Of a stretch of 64,000 nt of DNA, positions 50,929 through 64,000 are shown in pieces. The stretch covers positions 20,152,001 through 20,216,000 of the forward strand of contig CM119371.1 of assembly GCA_051294905.1 (NCBI GenBank). Reading direction: 5' to 3'. Each line of letters starts with the position of its first letter. The first letter of the stretch is position 1. The stretch comes from Botryllus schlosseri. Lineage: Eukaryota. A model generated the notes under the pieces. That model saw nothing but the letters and a program-made list of their open reading frames with translations. It was not told the origin of the DNA and did no database searches. Made by a program: the position numbers and the translations under genes.

Positions 50929-53900
50929 GCGCGCGGGAATGTTTTTTATGCTTATACAACTCAATGAATACCCATCGGCCTGCTTACTACATTTTAAAGA
51001 TTCTCTCCACTATTGTGTATACAAGAATATACTTCTCTTAGTAAGCAATTTCTCGTGAATTCCGAAGCACATTGACGTGTGTTAACTTCTGTATTAGGTG
51101 ATAGTATCATTTTCATGTCTGATAATGATACTTGTCAAGGTGATACACACGTAAGCTCAAACTACTTTAAAATTTAAAGTCTCACCAAATTTTATCTGAA
51201 ACTGAAACTGTCAAGTACCGATAAAGTAGTCTAAACCCTAGTCGCTTTTTACGTGGAGGGAGTACTTGTATATTTTGGAGTACTCAAGTATAGGTTTGGC
51301 ATGCTTGCGCTATACTAAATGAAGTGATTGACTATTTACACTGCATCTACTTCTATTTCAGAGTTTTTCGGTTTTCGAGCAAACTATACCTTCAATACTT
51401 ACTTTTTAACTCACTCGGAAATCATGACTTCTTGTACTTTAGTAGGACTTTACTGTTACTAAAATGTTGAAATGTACTTTTTGTCAGTGGGCCAGTGGTC
51501 TTGGTGAGTGGTGTCAGTTTCATCTATATCCAACGAAAAGCTACTTGAGTACTTTACGGGTTCGTATCATCGCAAATAATATATTCTAAACATGTTTAGA
51601 TAGCGAGGAGTGAAAGGGACAAATTTTATCTAAAACTGAAACTGTAAAGTACCGATAAAGTAGTCTAGAGTATTTTTTATGTTTATTCAGCTCAACGAAT
51701 ATCTTCATATTGGCCTGCTTACTACATTTTAAAGATTTTATACGCTAGAAAAATCGCTCTAACATGATAAGTATATTATAATTAATCTTATCAGCGCGGC
51801 ATAGTACATTCGAGTAAATTCATTTAATTAGCTTATGTTTATGAAATTATTTGGTTTCCGAATTCTATCTAAAACGGAAACTGACGAGTATCGGTAAAAT
51901 CAGTCTTAAACCGTAGTTTTTTATTACGTGGAGGGAGTCGATAGCGAAGTACTCGTGTATTTTGTAGTACTCAAGTATAGGTTTTATCTGCTTGCGCTAT
52001 ACTTAATCAAGTGATTAACTATTTACACTGCATCTACTTCTATTTCAGAGTATTCGGTTTTCAGGTAAACTATACCTGCAATACTTACTTTTTAACTCAC
52101 TCGGAAATCATCACTTCTTGTACTTTACTCGAAATTTACTGCAACTAAATGTTGAAATGTACTGTTATCAGCGGTCTTGATGAGTGGTGCTAGTTTCATC
52201 TATATCCTACGACGCATTTTTGCGCTGCAGAATGACTTATCGCAATAAAAATAACTAAAATACTTCGATAATTTGCGAACTCTCACTGCACAAAAACGTT
52301 AGTACTCTAGGTCTATTTCTGTTTAATACTGTAGCTATCATGAAGTTGATGTACTCCAATATCATAAGGATTTGAGAGTATTTGGTACACGTAGGCAAAA
52401 AAACTACTTGGGTATTCTCAAGACGTACGAGTACTTCTATACTTAACAACTCTGGAAGTTAGCGCAGTTTTTGGCATTTGTATGCAATCGAAATTTGCGT
52501 GCTTCTCACTTACCTTATGTTAATAGTTTTCCTTTTCTATCTACTTTACAAGATTCAGTGTAGAAGTTTAGTGAAAGTGTAAGAGTTTAGCAAAAGCATT
52601 TTTTGATAATAGCACTTGTCAAGGTGATACAAACGTAACCTCGGACTACTTTAAACTAATTGTACTTGAATTCCAGCAAAATTACGAATCGTTGAGTATC
52701 GAGCGATAGCCTCTATCATACTTGCGGAAAATAGGGATTTGGTACATGAGTATCAAATTAGAGTAAATTGAGTACACTTGAGAGGTTATTAGTGATTCTG
52801 CTGGAGTTTATATGAAGGGAAGTCCTGATAAAACCTTGATTATTTCAGAAAAGAATAGAGGGCTTCTTTCGATATTTTGATAGTCTTCGTCGTAATGTCG
52901 GATGTCGTGAAATTGTATACATGCCATCTAGTACTACGGAAAATGTCAAGGCTGGTACTCAATGGTTCTGTTAGTAATTATATGGAATGTGTGGGAATCG
53001 AATTGGAGCGTAAAGTATGCTCCTATGGTATAGAGCCCTACGAAATGAGTCCACATACCCCGTAAAATTCCACTCCAGGCGCTGCGGCTTAGCTCAAGGG
53101 AAAAAGTATTTCGTACTTTAGGTGTCAAATCATCTTTCTTGTGATAAATAAGCATAGGGAGAATTAATCAGAAAATTTTGTAGAGTACCGTAGGCATCGA
53201 TACATTGAGTGAAATGGGCTTCCTTATCTTAAATTGAAACGGACAGAATAAATCGAAACAATTTGCAGATTGGGTAGGTATCGTATGTTTAGTGTCGTTG
53301 GTATTGTTAAACGTTGTCGCCGGTAGCCGTTGGTATACTATTACGAGTGTGAAAAGGATTTGCATGCCCTGTGCAGAGTATCGCAGTAGTGAACATATTT
53401 TTCGCGTGACGAAACACGATCGCTGTTTAAATGTTAATGCATGCATTTCGATTACCGAGTTGCTATACAATAGAGATGACTCTACATTAGATCGTGCAGT
53501 GTACTTCGATTAAAACCATAACACCACATGTAAATCTATTCGCACAACTCGATGATGTTGGTATAGTGTTACTAAAATTAATTATTACCTATTTACACAA
53601 CATAAAAATACCAATTCATGTCGTAGTAAGTAAGTTTATTGAACTCGTGCTTAATGAAAACGAATGGCGACAAGTATGCTGTTGTGTTTGAGTGAAAAAT
53701 AATTATTTAGAGTAGTGACAGTTTGTGACCAACGAATGCAAATCGATCATGATATTACAATATACGCTTTCGTCAACATAACGACTTGGCGCAGGAGAAA
53801 CACTTTAACATTTTTTCAATAACTGGAATCTTGAAACTTGTTGCTTGTGAGATTTACAGCTGGTGCACAAAGAGGTTAGCGACCATTTTGTACGATAGTA

Positions 53901-56900
53901 TGTTTTAGGTGTATTGTTGCATGGATAATGATATGATGACTCAGCACTTTTCGTTAGCAAAGTAAATTGTTTTGCGCGTTAGATTTGTGGAAAGTAAGTT
54001 GAATACATACTATTTTGTGGAAGTAACTAGATTACCGCGATATCACTGGTAGGTCTCTCAAGCAGTCACCGCGGTTTCAATTTTGTAAGATGTCGCGATG
54101 TCGGTATAATGTTTTCTAAAAGTCAAACTCGGCCGGATATCATGACTGCGTAGGACTTACGATAAACATGTATTGATATTAAAGTTGACTATGTCTAGGT
54201 ACGTGCTACGCTACGGAAAAACAGATTTAGCCAAAAGCCTGTATAGAACTGCGTTGGTTTTGAAAGTGTTACATCATGAAATGCCTGACGAAATTTGGTA
54301 TGGTGCATTGTTATTATGTCCTACAACTGGGTACCAACGTTCAAGGTGAGAATTTAAGGTTTAGCATGCTAATTCTGTTATTAAAATTGACTATGTATGG
54401 GTATATGCTATGTTCACGAAAAACAGATATGTGTAAAAGTCGGTATTCGACTGCGATAGTTTCAAACGTGTTCCATCATTAGATGTGTGATGAAGTTTAG
54501 CATGGTTCATTGCCATAATGTCCTACAACTACGTATCAAGTTTAGAGTTGGGATTCAATGTTAGGCATGGTAATTCCGTTATTAAAGTTAGCTATGTATG
54601 AGTACGTGCTATACGCCCCCGCAAAACAGATATACGCAAAAAGTCGATGTAGAGCCGCGTTTGTTTTAAAGTTGTTCCATCATGAAATGTGTGATGGGAT
54701 TTGGTATGGTGCATTGTTATAGTGTCCTATAATCGCGTACCAACTTTCAAGGTGGGAATTCAATGTTTAACACGGTAATTCTGCTATTAAAATTGACTAT
54801 GCATAGGTATATGCTATGTGCACGCAAAACAGATATGCTTAAAAGTCGGTATTCGACTGCGTTAGTTTTAAAGGTGATCCATCATTAGATGTGCGATGAA
54901 ATTTAGCATGGTGCATTGCCACAATGTCCTACAACTACGAATCAAGTTTAGAGTTGGGATTCAATGTTAAGCATGGTAATTCCGTTATTAAAGTTGACTA
55001 TGTATAGGTACGTGCTATACGCTCCCGCAAAACAGATGAACGCAAAAAGTCGATGTAGAGCCGCGTTAGTTTTAAAGTTGTTCCATTATGAAATGCGTGA
55101 AGAAATTTGGTATTCTGCATAATCACAATGTCCTACAACTACGTACCAAGTTTCAAGGTGAGGAGTCACATATTAGCATGGTAATTCTGTTATTAAAGCT
55201 GACTATGGATATGTACATGCTACCGAAAACAGATTTAGGCAAAAGTTGCTATAGAACTGCGTTAGTTTTAAAGTTGATCCATCATGAAATGTGTGATGAA
55301 ATTTGGTATGCCGCATAATCACAATGACCTGGAGCTCATTTAGATACGTTTTTAATGTAGTTACACACTCTAGTTATTTTGATGTGAAGAAAAAAAATCA
55401 TTCGATAACTCGATACAACTAATTTGATGCGTGAGGGGAAAACATAGTTAAATTTTCGTATGCATTTAGTTTCCAACTCTGAAAGCAAGCTTAGTCTATG
55501 ATCATTCGCGTACCATTAGTATTCATTTTACAAAAAACGTCGTGTAAAGGTAAAGTACTTGTACATTTCGGAGTACTCAAGTATCAGTTTTGTCAGCTTA
55601 TTATATGCTCAGTATATTATACGTCACGAATTGTGGAGCATTTACGAGGGTGCTCCAGGGTGCTCTTCATTGAGTGTTCGTGGTGGGTGATAAGTTTAAT
55701 TTGCGAAATTAGTGTGTTCATATCAAGTTTAGAGTTTGGATTCAATGTTAAGCATGGTAATTCCGTTATTAAAGTTGGGTATGTATGGGTACGTGCTATA
55801 TACGCTCCCGCAAAACAGATGTACGCAAAGAGTCGTTGTAGAGCCGCGTTAGTTTTAAAGTTCCATCATGAAATGTACGAGGAAATTTGGTATTCTACAT
55901 AATCACAATGTCCTACAACTACGTACCTAGTTTCAAGGTGAGGAGTCACATATTAGCATGGTAATTCTGTTATATTCGTAACACCGCTCATATTGCGCGC
56001 CATCTATATATTTCACAGATAACGAATTACTCCTGCTTTTATCAGAGGATACTTTTCTAGGGTTTGCCTACTAACAGTACTTAGTTTCGATTAATAAAAG
56101 TATAGTGATTGAAAATAGATCACTGAATTATAGTTTACAGAAAACTCCACAATACTATGTGACGTCCTTGCATACCAACAGCCTTCGAACTATTCGCCGC
56201 CTCATAAACACTTGAGTATGCCTACATTTGATGCGTGAGGGGAAAACATAGTTAAATTTTCGTATGCATTTAGTTTCCAACTCTGAAAGCAAGCTTAGTC
56301 TATGATCATTCGCGTACCATTAGTATTCATTTTACAAAAAAACGTCGTGTAAAGGTAAAGTACTTGTACATTTCGGAGTACTCAAGTGTCAGTTTTGTCA
56401 GCTTATTATATGCTCAGTATATTATACGTCACGAATTGTGGAGCATTTATGAGGGTGCTCCAGGGTGCTCTTCATTGAGTGTTCGTGGTGGGTGATAAGT
56501 TTAATTTGCAAAGTTAGTGTGTTCAAATCAGGCCTGTCGCTAATATAGTGATGTTGCATTAGCCCTAAATACACATAATAGAATATAATATCTACTTTAC
56601 AAAATTCATACGCATTTTCTTGCTCCGTTCCGGGATGAAATGTATTTTTCGTGCTTTTTGTGTATTTTTAATAAAATTAGTATCCATTATACAAAAACGA
56701 CGTGTAAAGGTAAAGCGCGAATACAAGTACAAGATGCGAGATAACAACGACTCAGAGCTCATTTAGATATTTAAGTTACTTTAAAATTAGTACTCGAGTA
56801 GCCTATTTGCTACAATTATACTGCCAGCTAGTTATAGGTAGATGGTTTCGATGGTGACGTACTTGTATAATGCACATTTTGGAGAGATTAAGTAAAGCAA

Positions 56901-58677
56901 TGATCTCAGATAAATCCATTAAATTAAGGTAGAAGTAGCAATTTATGTAAATTCTGTTATGCGATTTACTACGTTACTAAGCGCACCTGCTTACATTCAT
57001 CCAGACGCGGACTTTCTACTATATTCGCTACTAGCATTATATAGCAGCATCCATCGCAGCTTACATTATTACTTTATAAGACACCGTCGGCGTTTTAGTG
57101 TCGAACTTTTGCGTAAATCCGTTTTATTTCACCTCACACCTATACAATGTACGTAGTCGATTCGAATAATGCGATGTAAAATCGTGGTATTTGCGCAACA
57201 TCGAAATTTGTACACTACACGCTTATCTTATGTCTGTGGTATTTGCGCAACATCGAAATTTGTACACTACACGCTTATCTTATGTCGAAAACATAGGTTA
57301 GTTAACAATATTTCGAATCGTAGTGGTCAAAATTATCGCAGAGCAATACCGATTTTGCGTAAATTCCGTTATGCGTCCGACTATGTTACTAGGGATTATG
57401 TAGTTAGTTAGGAAATTAGGAGTCCTATCTTCCCAATCGGTATGGAACAACATCAAAATCATCACAAAGTAATATCGAATTTTGCGTGCATTCTGTTATG
57501 CGTTTTACTACGGTAGTATGCGCATCTGCATACAGGTGTCCAGACGTGGACTTTCTACTATATTCGCTCCTAACATTATAGCAGCACCCGACGCAGCTTA
57601 CATTATTACGTTATAAGACGCTGGCGGCGTTTCACTGTCGGTTTAATCACCCTTATTCTAGTGACATGAAAAGGACTGAATCGTATGAAATGTGGTCACT
57701 ACAAGAATCGAGCGAAAGCGCTGTTTCACGCCGTCTTGCATCGGTCCTAGGGTTTGCCTACTAACAGTTCTTAGTTTTGATTAATGAAAAATATAGTGAT
57801 TGAAAATAGATCACTGGATTATTTACTTTTATAACTTTATATTTTGTGAAGTAGAGAGTAGTTTAAGGTTAAGATAGTATAACCTTGGTGAGTGCTATCG
57901 TCTCACTCGATCATCATCTTTAAATCAGGGCTATCTCAGTGATGTTGACTAAATTTACGGTTTCAGAACGCGCTAATTAGACCTTATCGTTATGACGCTG
58001 GGGTTCGCGTACAGGTATCGAAAGTGTTTGTATAAATAAAGCCCTGCGAATCGCACGCCTGCGGCTATTGTTAGTTCGATTATTTTCGCCTTGGGATTAG
58101 CGTATATGCTACTAAGCTGTTACGACTTCGAAACGTGCACATGCGAGTGATTTGTTTCCGTAGCTCCGAACTTGAGAATCGCTCGCCTGCGTCTAATGAA
58201 AATAAGTCGTAAAATGTGGAGCCTGCAGAGACCGTAACTTGTATACATAAAATCAAGTTTAAAAATATGGACGGATGAGTTATCTCTAACCAATAGAGTA
58301 ATATAACCGCCTATAGTTTAGTGAGGGAATTGCTATAATGTATATCCAAACAATCGTTGCACACTCTGAATGTTACCAAGGTCCTTATCACAAAAAATCA
58401 TACATCAGAAGCGTAGGGATTGATATTATCAAGTCGCAGCGCTCAAAATCGCAAAGGTATTCAATACATATTGCTAAATACACATGGAAAATCGGTATTG
58501 AAATTCACAAAACATTGCAGTCGCCTAATTCTAGGTGCGGCAATGGGTGGATGATGTGGCAAGGGGGCGTCCTATAGGTGCGGCAATGGGCGGATGATGT
58601 GGCAATGTAGGCGTGGCAATTAAGGCGACGTGGCCTTCTGGGATTGGCGGGCAATAAAATTCCTTATCCTTACTACT
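50929..58677 (-). repeat. Right arm of giant inverted repeat (7,749 bp)
   Basis: Reverse complement of the left arm, lacking 43472-44892. Confidence 0.97.
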
Positions 58678-58831
58678 GGTGTCATTTAAATTTTGAAATC
58701 CGTCAAATAAGATGCGTGAATTTTTGATGCACTGCTTGACTGTTCTTGTTGTTGTTGGATGCAATTTGTTCAGCGATTTTAACTCAATGGTTTTGTTCGC
58801 TAGACTGTAATATATATTCATTGTATTTGGC

Positions 58832-60448
58832 TATGACAAATCTATTTATTTCGATCCGAGACAACATGCATCATCGCAGCAGATGAAACAAGACGGTGTT
58901 TGCCATGATTTCATAATTCAAGTCGAGAATGATGAATATCACACTCATCAAAAGACATTGTCTGATGCTTCGGATTATTTCAGAGCGATGTTCAGGCACG
59001 ATACAAAAGAGAGTCGCGAAGAGCGGGTGATTTTGAGAGGTGTGGATTCTGAATGTGTACAAAACTGCATCGAATTCATGTATGATGGGGAATATGAAAT
59101 TCCGAAAGGAAAGATGTACGACTTTCTCCACGTCGCAGTCATGATGCTGCTAGATGACGTTAAAATGACATTATGTGACGTTATGACTGAGTCGTTGACT
59201 GTCAGTAATTACATCTCCACGATGCATGCAGCCGACATGTATGGGCTTGATGACCTGTCAGCATAATGCAGATCTTACTTCCGACGGAACGTCTCGGAAA
59301 TTTACAACCAACCGGGATTTGAAAACACCGAGATGTCCGACCTTCGTGACCTTCTGCGGGCGAAAGAATCAGGAATATGTGAGGAGGACAAGTTGACCTT
59401 CACGCTCATGTGGATTGAGAAGAATCCACGAATGAATTATATGCTGCGTCAATGTATTGATATGGTCAATTTGGGTCATGTCTCTACGGCATTTCTGCAA
59501 AATCTATTAGATAGCCATCCGATCATCAGCAACGACATTGATTTATACAAGCTGATTAATGGCCATCTTATGTCCCATCACATGACAATGGTCCGCAGAG
59601 ATGAGTACTTTAACAATACCAAAAGAATGATACTGTTTGACTATGACGCGAATTGTATCCGGTCATTGCATTCAATAACAGGAAAAATCTCAAAGTTCCA
59701 TGCTGCTAAATTTCGGCATTTCGGAGATTTTTCCGCAATATTACTTGAGTCCCACATTTACATTTTGTGTAAAGATAAATCCGTACACCGAATCAATTTT
59801 CGAGAACATAATTCAAAATGGGAGAAAATGAAAGATATGATATCCGGACACGGGATATGGCCCCCCTCTGTTGCTTTGCTGGGGTCAATATTTGTTATTG
59901 GAGGAAGCATGTCTGGATAGTCTAATATTGTTGATGGATTCAACCCGTCTTCAAACCGATGGTTTCAACTAAAGAACAAACCCACAGCGGTTTCCGATCC
60001 GAGTCTCGTATCACTGAATGGCTCAGTGTATTGTGTCGGAGGTAAAGGACCAAATTGTGTCGCAACTTCCTCATTCTGCAAATTTACTCCGTCCTCGTCA
60101 GAGTGGGTTGACCTCAAACCAATGAGATATCCGAAGTGGGGCAGTGGTGTTGTCGCGTTTGGCCAGAAGATATTCGCGATCGGCGGCTACACCTTGTGGA
60201 AGAAATTGACAAATGTAGAGTGTTATGATGTCACGTCGTCTCAGTGGACTTCACTGTCGCATATGAATAAATGTAATGGTTGGAATACCGCCTTGCGCGT
60301 TGGCAGCTGGATCTTTACCGTACCAGTGTTTAAGTCTATGTCCTCTGATCCAATTGAGAAGTATCATTCACTAAACGACATATGGCAGAGTATGGAACCA
60401 CGTGTAGATCAATGTAGAACTTGCGCAGCCATGCTCGTATCGCAGTAG
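58832..60448 (+). pseudogene. Kelch-like (BTB-BACK-Kelch, KLHL family) pseudogene, intronless
   Basis: BTB (HQKTLSDASDYFRAMF...IEFMYDG), BACK and Kelch repeats (FVIGG, YCVGG, FAIGG, VECYD...W). Three ORFs in one frame are separated by TAA 59264-59266 and TAG 59918-59920. The start is uncertain. Confidence 0.88.
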
Positions 60449-60456
60449 ACTTTGCA

Positions 60457-60801
60457 TAGGCTTACCATATTTTGGAAATCAAAAAAGAGGACACTTTTTC
60501 AGAAATTTTCAACTTGCAAAACCGGAGTGTAATTCTCAAAAGGCGGTTAATTTTTCCCACTTTGTGATCGGTTGACTTAAATAAAAAAAAAAAAAAAGTC
60601 ATCTTTTCGCCCAGAGCTAAAATAACCGTCGGAGCTTCACTTCTGTGCTGATATGCGCCATATCACTGGCAATTTGCTCTAAATCTCAAAAAAGAGGACA
60701 AAATCTCAAAAAAGAGGACAAAAGGGCGTCCTCCGAGGACACTTTCAAATAAGTCAAAAAAGAGAACAAATCCTCTTAAAAGAGGACGTATGGTAAGCCT
60801 A
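60457..60801. mobile_element. hAT-like MITE with AAAAAGAGGACA repeats
   Basis: TIR TAGGCTTACCATA; TSD ACTTTGCA/ACTTTGCT. Confidence 0.85.
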
Positions 60802-63800
60802 ACTTTGCTGTTCTTTAATAACATCAACAAATATTGATGATACAGTTTAGTCCTTTCTTGTTATTTTGTGAGGTTAACAGTCTGTGATCATGATCACCAT
60901 ACCCGTATACTGGTGCTTAGTGTTACTAGCCTTCGGTAAATCGTACCTGTCTGTGTATTCAATTATAGTATTCCTAACCAATTTTTAAGGAAATTATGAC
61001 TTTTTATACTCTTATCACGTTCATTATGTTACACCATTGTATGCATAATTTTTAATCGTAATCCTGCTATCGGTCTAATTGCTTCTCTGGTTGATTATAC
61101 TACCATATCTATACCTGCTACTGCAAGACAAACATGGCTTTCGTTCTGATTCTCCTTTCCGGTATGTTAACTGGTGATAATAAAGCGACAATAGCTACGC
61201 AAACATTCAATGTCGTGATAACAGAATATATTGCCGGGTAGATAGGTGATTAAATTAAACACCAAACAAAGTGGCTTCGAACCCAGGATCCGTCTTATCT
61301 TCTATGTGTCGAAGGTTTATTATTGAAGCTTCTCATCACTGACCTTCGTGCTAATGCAGTGTATCTACCAAAGCCGAGAGTGGCGGTGAACCGGGTCAAA
61401 AAAGACGACAGCAAAAATGAAGATATTTGCCCGCGAAAACAAGAGAAATGGGACCGTTGGTGGATGGAACCAGGACGGAAGTCGTACTAAATACATAGTC
61501 GTGGTGCACATGACCCAATCTCATTGTGGGTACACTGGGTACTGACTACCGAGTTGGAATTTCAGATGAATTGAAAATTATGGCTCACAAATATGGATTA
61601 ATGTCTAGTCACTAGCGCTCTGCAGAATGCTACCTTTGGATTTGTTACAAAGCTTATGTTTTGAGATTCTGTAAATATATTGGTAACTCAAGAAGTTATT
61701 GATCGAGATTCACTTGCTCACCCGAAGTCAACTTCCAATAAGTCACATGCGACTAATCACAATCACCAATATGATCAACCAACTGTGCTGATAAGATCTG
61801 CTTGACGACAGTTGACCGCAAAATAAAACAGTTGAATATTAATGTATGACGCATTCGACACGCGGTTATGTGGCTCTTCAGACTCGCAGGCTTCATCCAC
61901 AGTGTCTGGGAAGGGTGCTGAAGGTGGGGCACCAGGATGACATATTGAAAAGGTGCGGTTAGCTGCATTTACGCATTGAAATAGTGTGATCAGGTCGGAA
62001 TTATCTGAACGTAAGAGTCAGCAATACATCATTCCATGCCACATTTACTGATTTCATGATTGCTAGGGTGATTATGTTCATATTTTGACTTCGGAATTTT
62101 TGAGTCGTAGTTAAGTCGGAATAATTAGGTCCCAAGATATATCCGATCATCATTTCCGAGCCAAAACCTCCAGTCCACATAGGTCGTTCAGGCGTCTCTG
62201 AAATGCTGAGATTCCTGGCAACATTTCTCCCGTATTTACCGCCGCATAGCGCCAGCTGGCGGAGTTCTTCTTCAAAATCCGTGGACTTTTCGAAAGTTAG
62301 AAAAAGTGTATTAAAAAAAACAGTTTTGTACCGCAAGTGTGTCTGGACGGGCCGTATATAATTACAAATTTGGTAAGATAAGGATCTCATCATCCTAAAA
62401 TAAAGCGAAGTGGATCGAGTCTCATGAATTCGTTTCGACACCTTCCTATCTTTCATTGTATCGCAGTCGTGTGGTGTAGCCTATCGAAACGATGAAATTT
62501 TTAGCAATAAATTAAATTGAAATTAAACTAGAGGCCTACTTAAAAATGTTTGTAACATCCGCCTACAGTGCCGTAATGCCCATGAGAAGGTTTGTCGGAG
62601 AAGCGTCAATGCTGCATGTGTGAAATAAATATATTACCATACACATAAATAATAATTTTCAAATAGACCGTAAGAAGGGCTGGGCGGGGCCGTCCATATA
62701 TGAAATCCATAACCAATTCGATTTCTACAAAGTTGAGCCGAATCCAATTATAATCCTATCAGAATCCGAGGGATTTTCATTGCTCATCACTGATCTGGGT
62801 GTCCCGATTCGATCGTGAGTTGGTCTGGGTGAAACTGCTAACCTTTTTTGTTGATCAGCTAAGTACATTTAGGGTGGAGATATTAAAGTTATATTAGCAT
62901 TAAAAGTCGATTATCGCGTTCGTAAGGATTTGTCAGCCCAGGATTAACGAAACTGGTTGACCGCAGCGCATAAAGTTATAGTTTTAATCTCATGATTCAA
63001 CGAACCGGAACGACCATTCATCCTGGTTCGTACCGGATTTGCACTGTTGCGACGAATAAATGATTGATTAGATGTTTATTTTATGTTGTAATTGTCAGGT
63101 TTCCATGAAGATGTAATTGAGATTGTAATTGAGCAAAATTTTGATCAAATTACAATTACCATTACAATTACACAAAATAGAAATGCTTCAATTACAATTA
63201 CAATTACATGAGAAAATGTGATTCATTACATTCAGCTCAATTACAAATTACAATTCATCCAACTCTGGTGTGAACGTGAGGTTCACGTTCGCGGTCTGTC
63301 TGTGTGAACCTTAGAAATCTAGAGGTTCACGTTCACAAACGAAGCTTGGTATAGGTTCCGCACTGTTAACCTTTTTCGTATAGTACAATTTTCACTTCAT
63401 TATAGCAGCTTTGTGTGAAATGTATTGCATTTCTCTCTATGCATGGCAATGGCAGCATAAAAAAATCAACACCAAACGAGCATGCACCTTGATAATCTCA
63501 AAAATGTTACTTGCCTTGTTACAAAAGTTTGTTCAAAATATCCAGCTTTCCGTCTGTGAATATTTAGTGGCTCTCTGCTGTAAACATACCCGCAATCACA
63601 CAACATCGAGAGCGAAATACACTCTGCTCAATATCACCGTAGCAATACTCAAACCCCGAATACATAGTCCGGTCTGGCCTATACCGTTAAAGCGTAGCTT
63701 TTATTCCCTTGCAAGTCCTCGTCGAAATTTTTGGCAAAGCCACGGAGGATATTGCTTTTATGGGATTATTATTTGATTGCCCCAGTAGATACATTTGGCG

Positions 63801-63820
63801 ACGTGTAAAACGTCAATATG

Positions 63821-64000
63821 CAGTGTTGGGATCAAGTCACTATACCTTCGAGTCACGAGTCATTTCTAGTCATTGCACATTTTGACACGAGTCAAGTCAA
63901 GTCAATCGATTTTCGAAGGTGACTCGAGTCAAGTCGAGTCAAGTCAAGTCAAGTCAAGACAAGTCACGAGTCAAGTCACAATTCAAGTCAAGTTGCCTTT
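63821..64000. mobile_element. MITE 5' end with (AAGTC)n repeats, truncated by the window edge
   Basis: CAGTGTTGGGAT start; interrupts the GTGAAC-family element. Confidence 0.65.

Larger units (their letters stand above)
41722..58677. mobile_element. Non-autonomous, fully palindromic (fold-back) Polinton/Maverick-type element, 16,956 bp
   Basis: Starts AGTAGTAAGGATAAGG (41722) and ends CCTTATCCTTACTACT (58677). The 6-bp direct repeat GGTGTC flanks it at 41716-41721 and 58678-58683. AGT-repeat termini plus a 6-bp TSD are Polinton hallmarks. Left arm 41722-50885 and right arm 50929-58677 are reverse complements (mirror ORFs, e.g. 48344..48646+ / 53168..53470-). Confidence 0.85.

Noticed and set aside
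45912..55902. Mirror-image short ORFs in the palindrome arms as genes
   Set aside because: All are 134 aa or shorter, have no recognisable domains, and several lie in tandem repeats; their duplication follows from the inverted repeat.
41722..58677. Giant palindrome as a sequencing or assembly fold-back artefact
   Set aside because: The arms differ by substitutions and a 1.4-kb insert, and the whole structure has transposon termini with an exact 6-bp TSD.
59264..59920. Stop-codon readthrough or variant genetic code in the Kelch gene
   Set aside because: The stops are TAA and TAG, and TAG terminates the intact Gq gene; ordinary nonsense mutations are simpler.
62001..62456. 151-aa ORF as a gene
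   Set aside because: No recognisable domain or supporting splice structure.

Overview
AT-rich eukaryotic (animal) genomic DNA dominated by transposable elements. An invertebrate deuterostome such as an ascidian is plausible, but that is only an impression from the repeat families. Host genes: one intact intronless G-protein alpha subunit of the Gq class (32596-33663, minus strand) and an intronless BTB-BACK-Kelch pseudogene with two in-frame stops (~58832-60448). Retroelements: a very young Ty3/Gypsy LTR retrotransposon (12686-16835; identical 219-bp LTRs, CTTCT TSD, apparent Tf1-style self-priming site) inserted in ORF1 of a decayed I-group LINE, plus an RLE-type non-LTR fragment and tRNA-derived SINE heads. 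There are also many non-autonomous DNA elements with TIRs and 8-bp or TA TSDs. The most striking structure is a 16,956-bp element (41722-58677) with Polinton/Maverick-type ends (AGTAGT...ACTACT, 6-bp TSD GGTGTC). It has no recognisable Polinton gene and is instead one giant near-perfect palindrome (~7.75-kb arms around a 43-bp CCTAA-rich loop). It is filled with tandem and dispersed repeats and carries a piggyBac remnant in one arm only. All alignments were done by eye.
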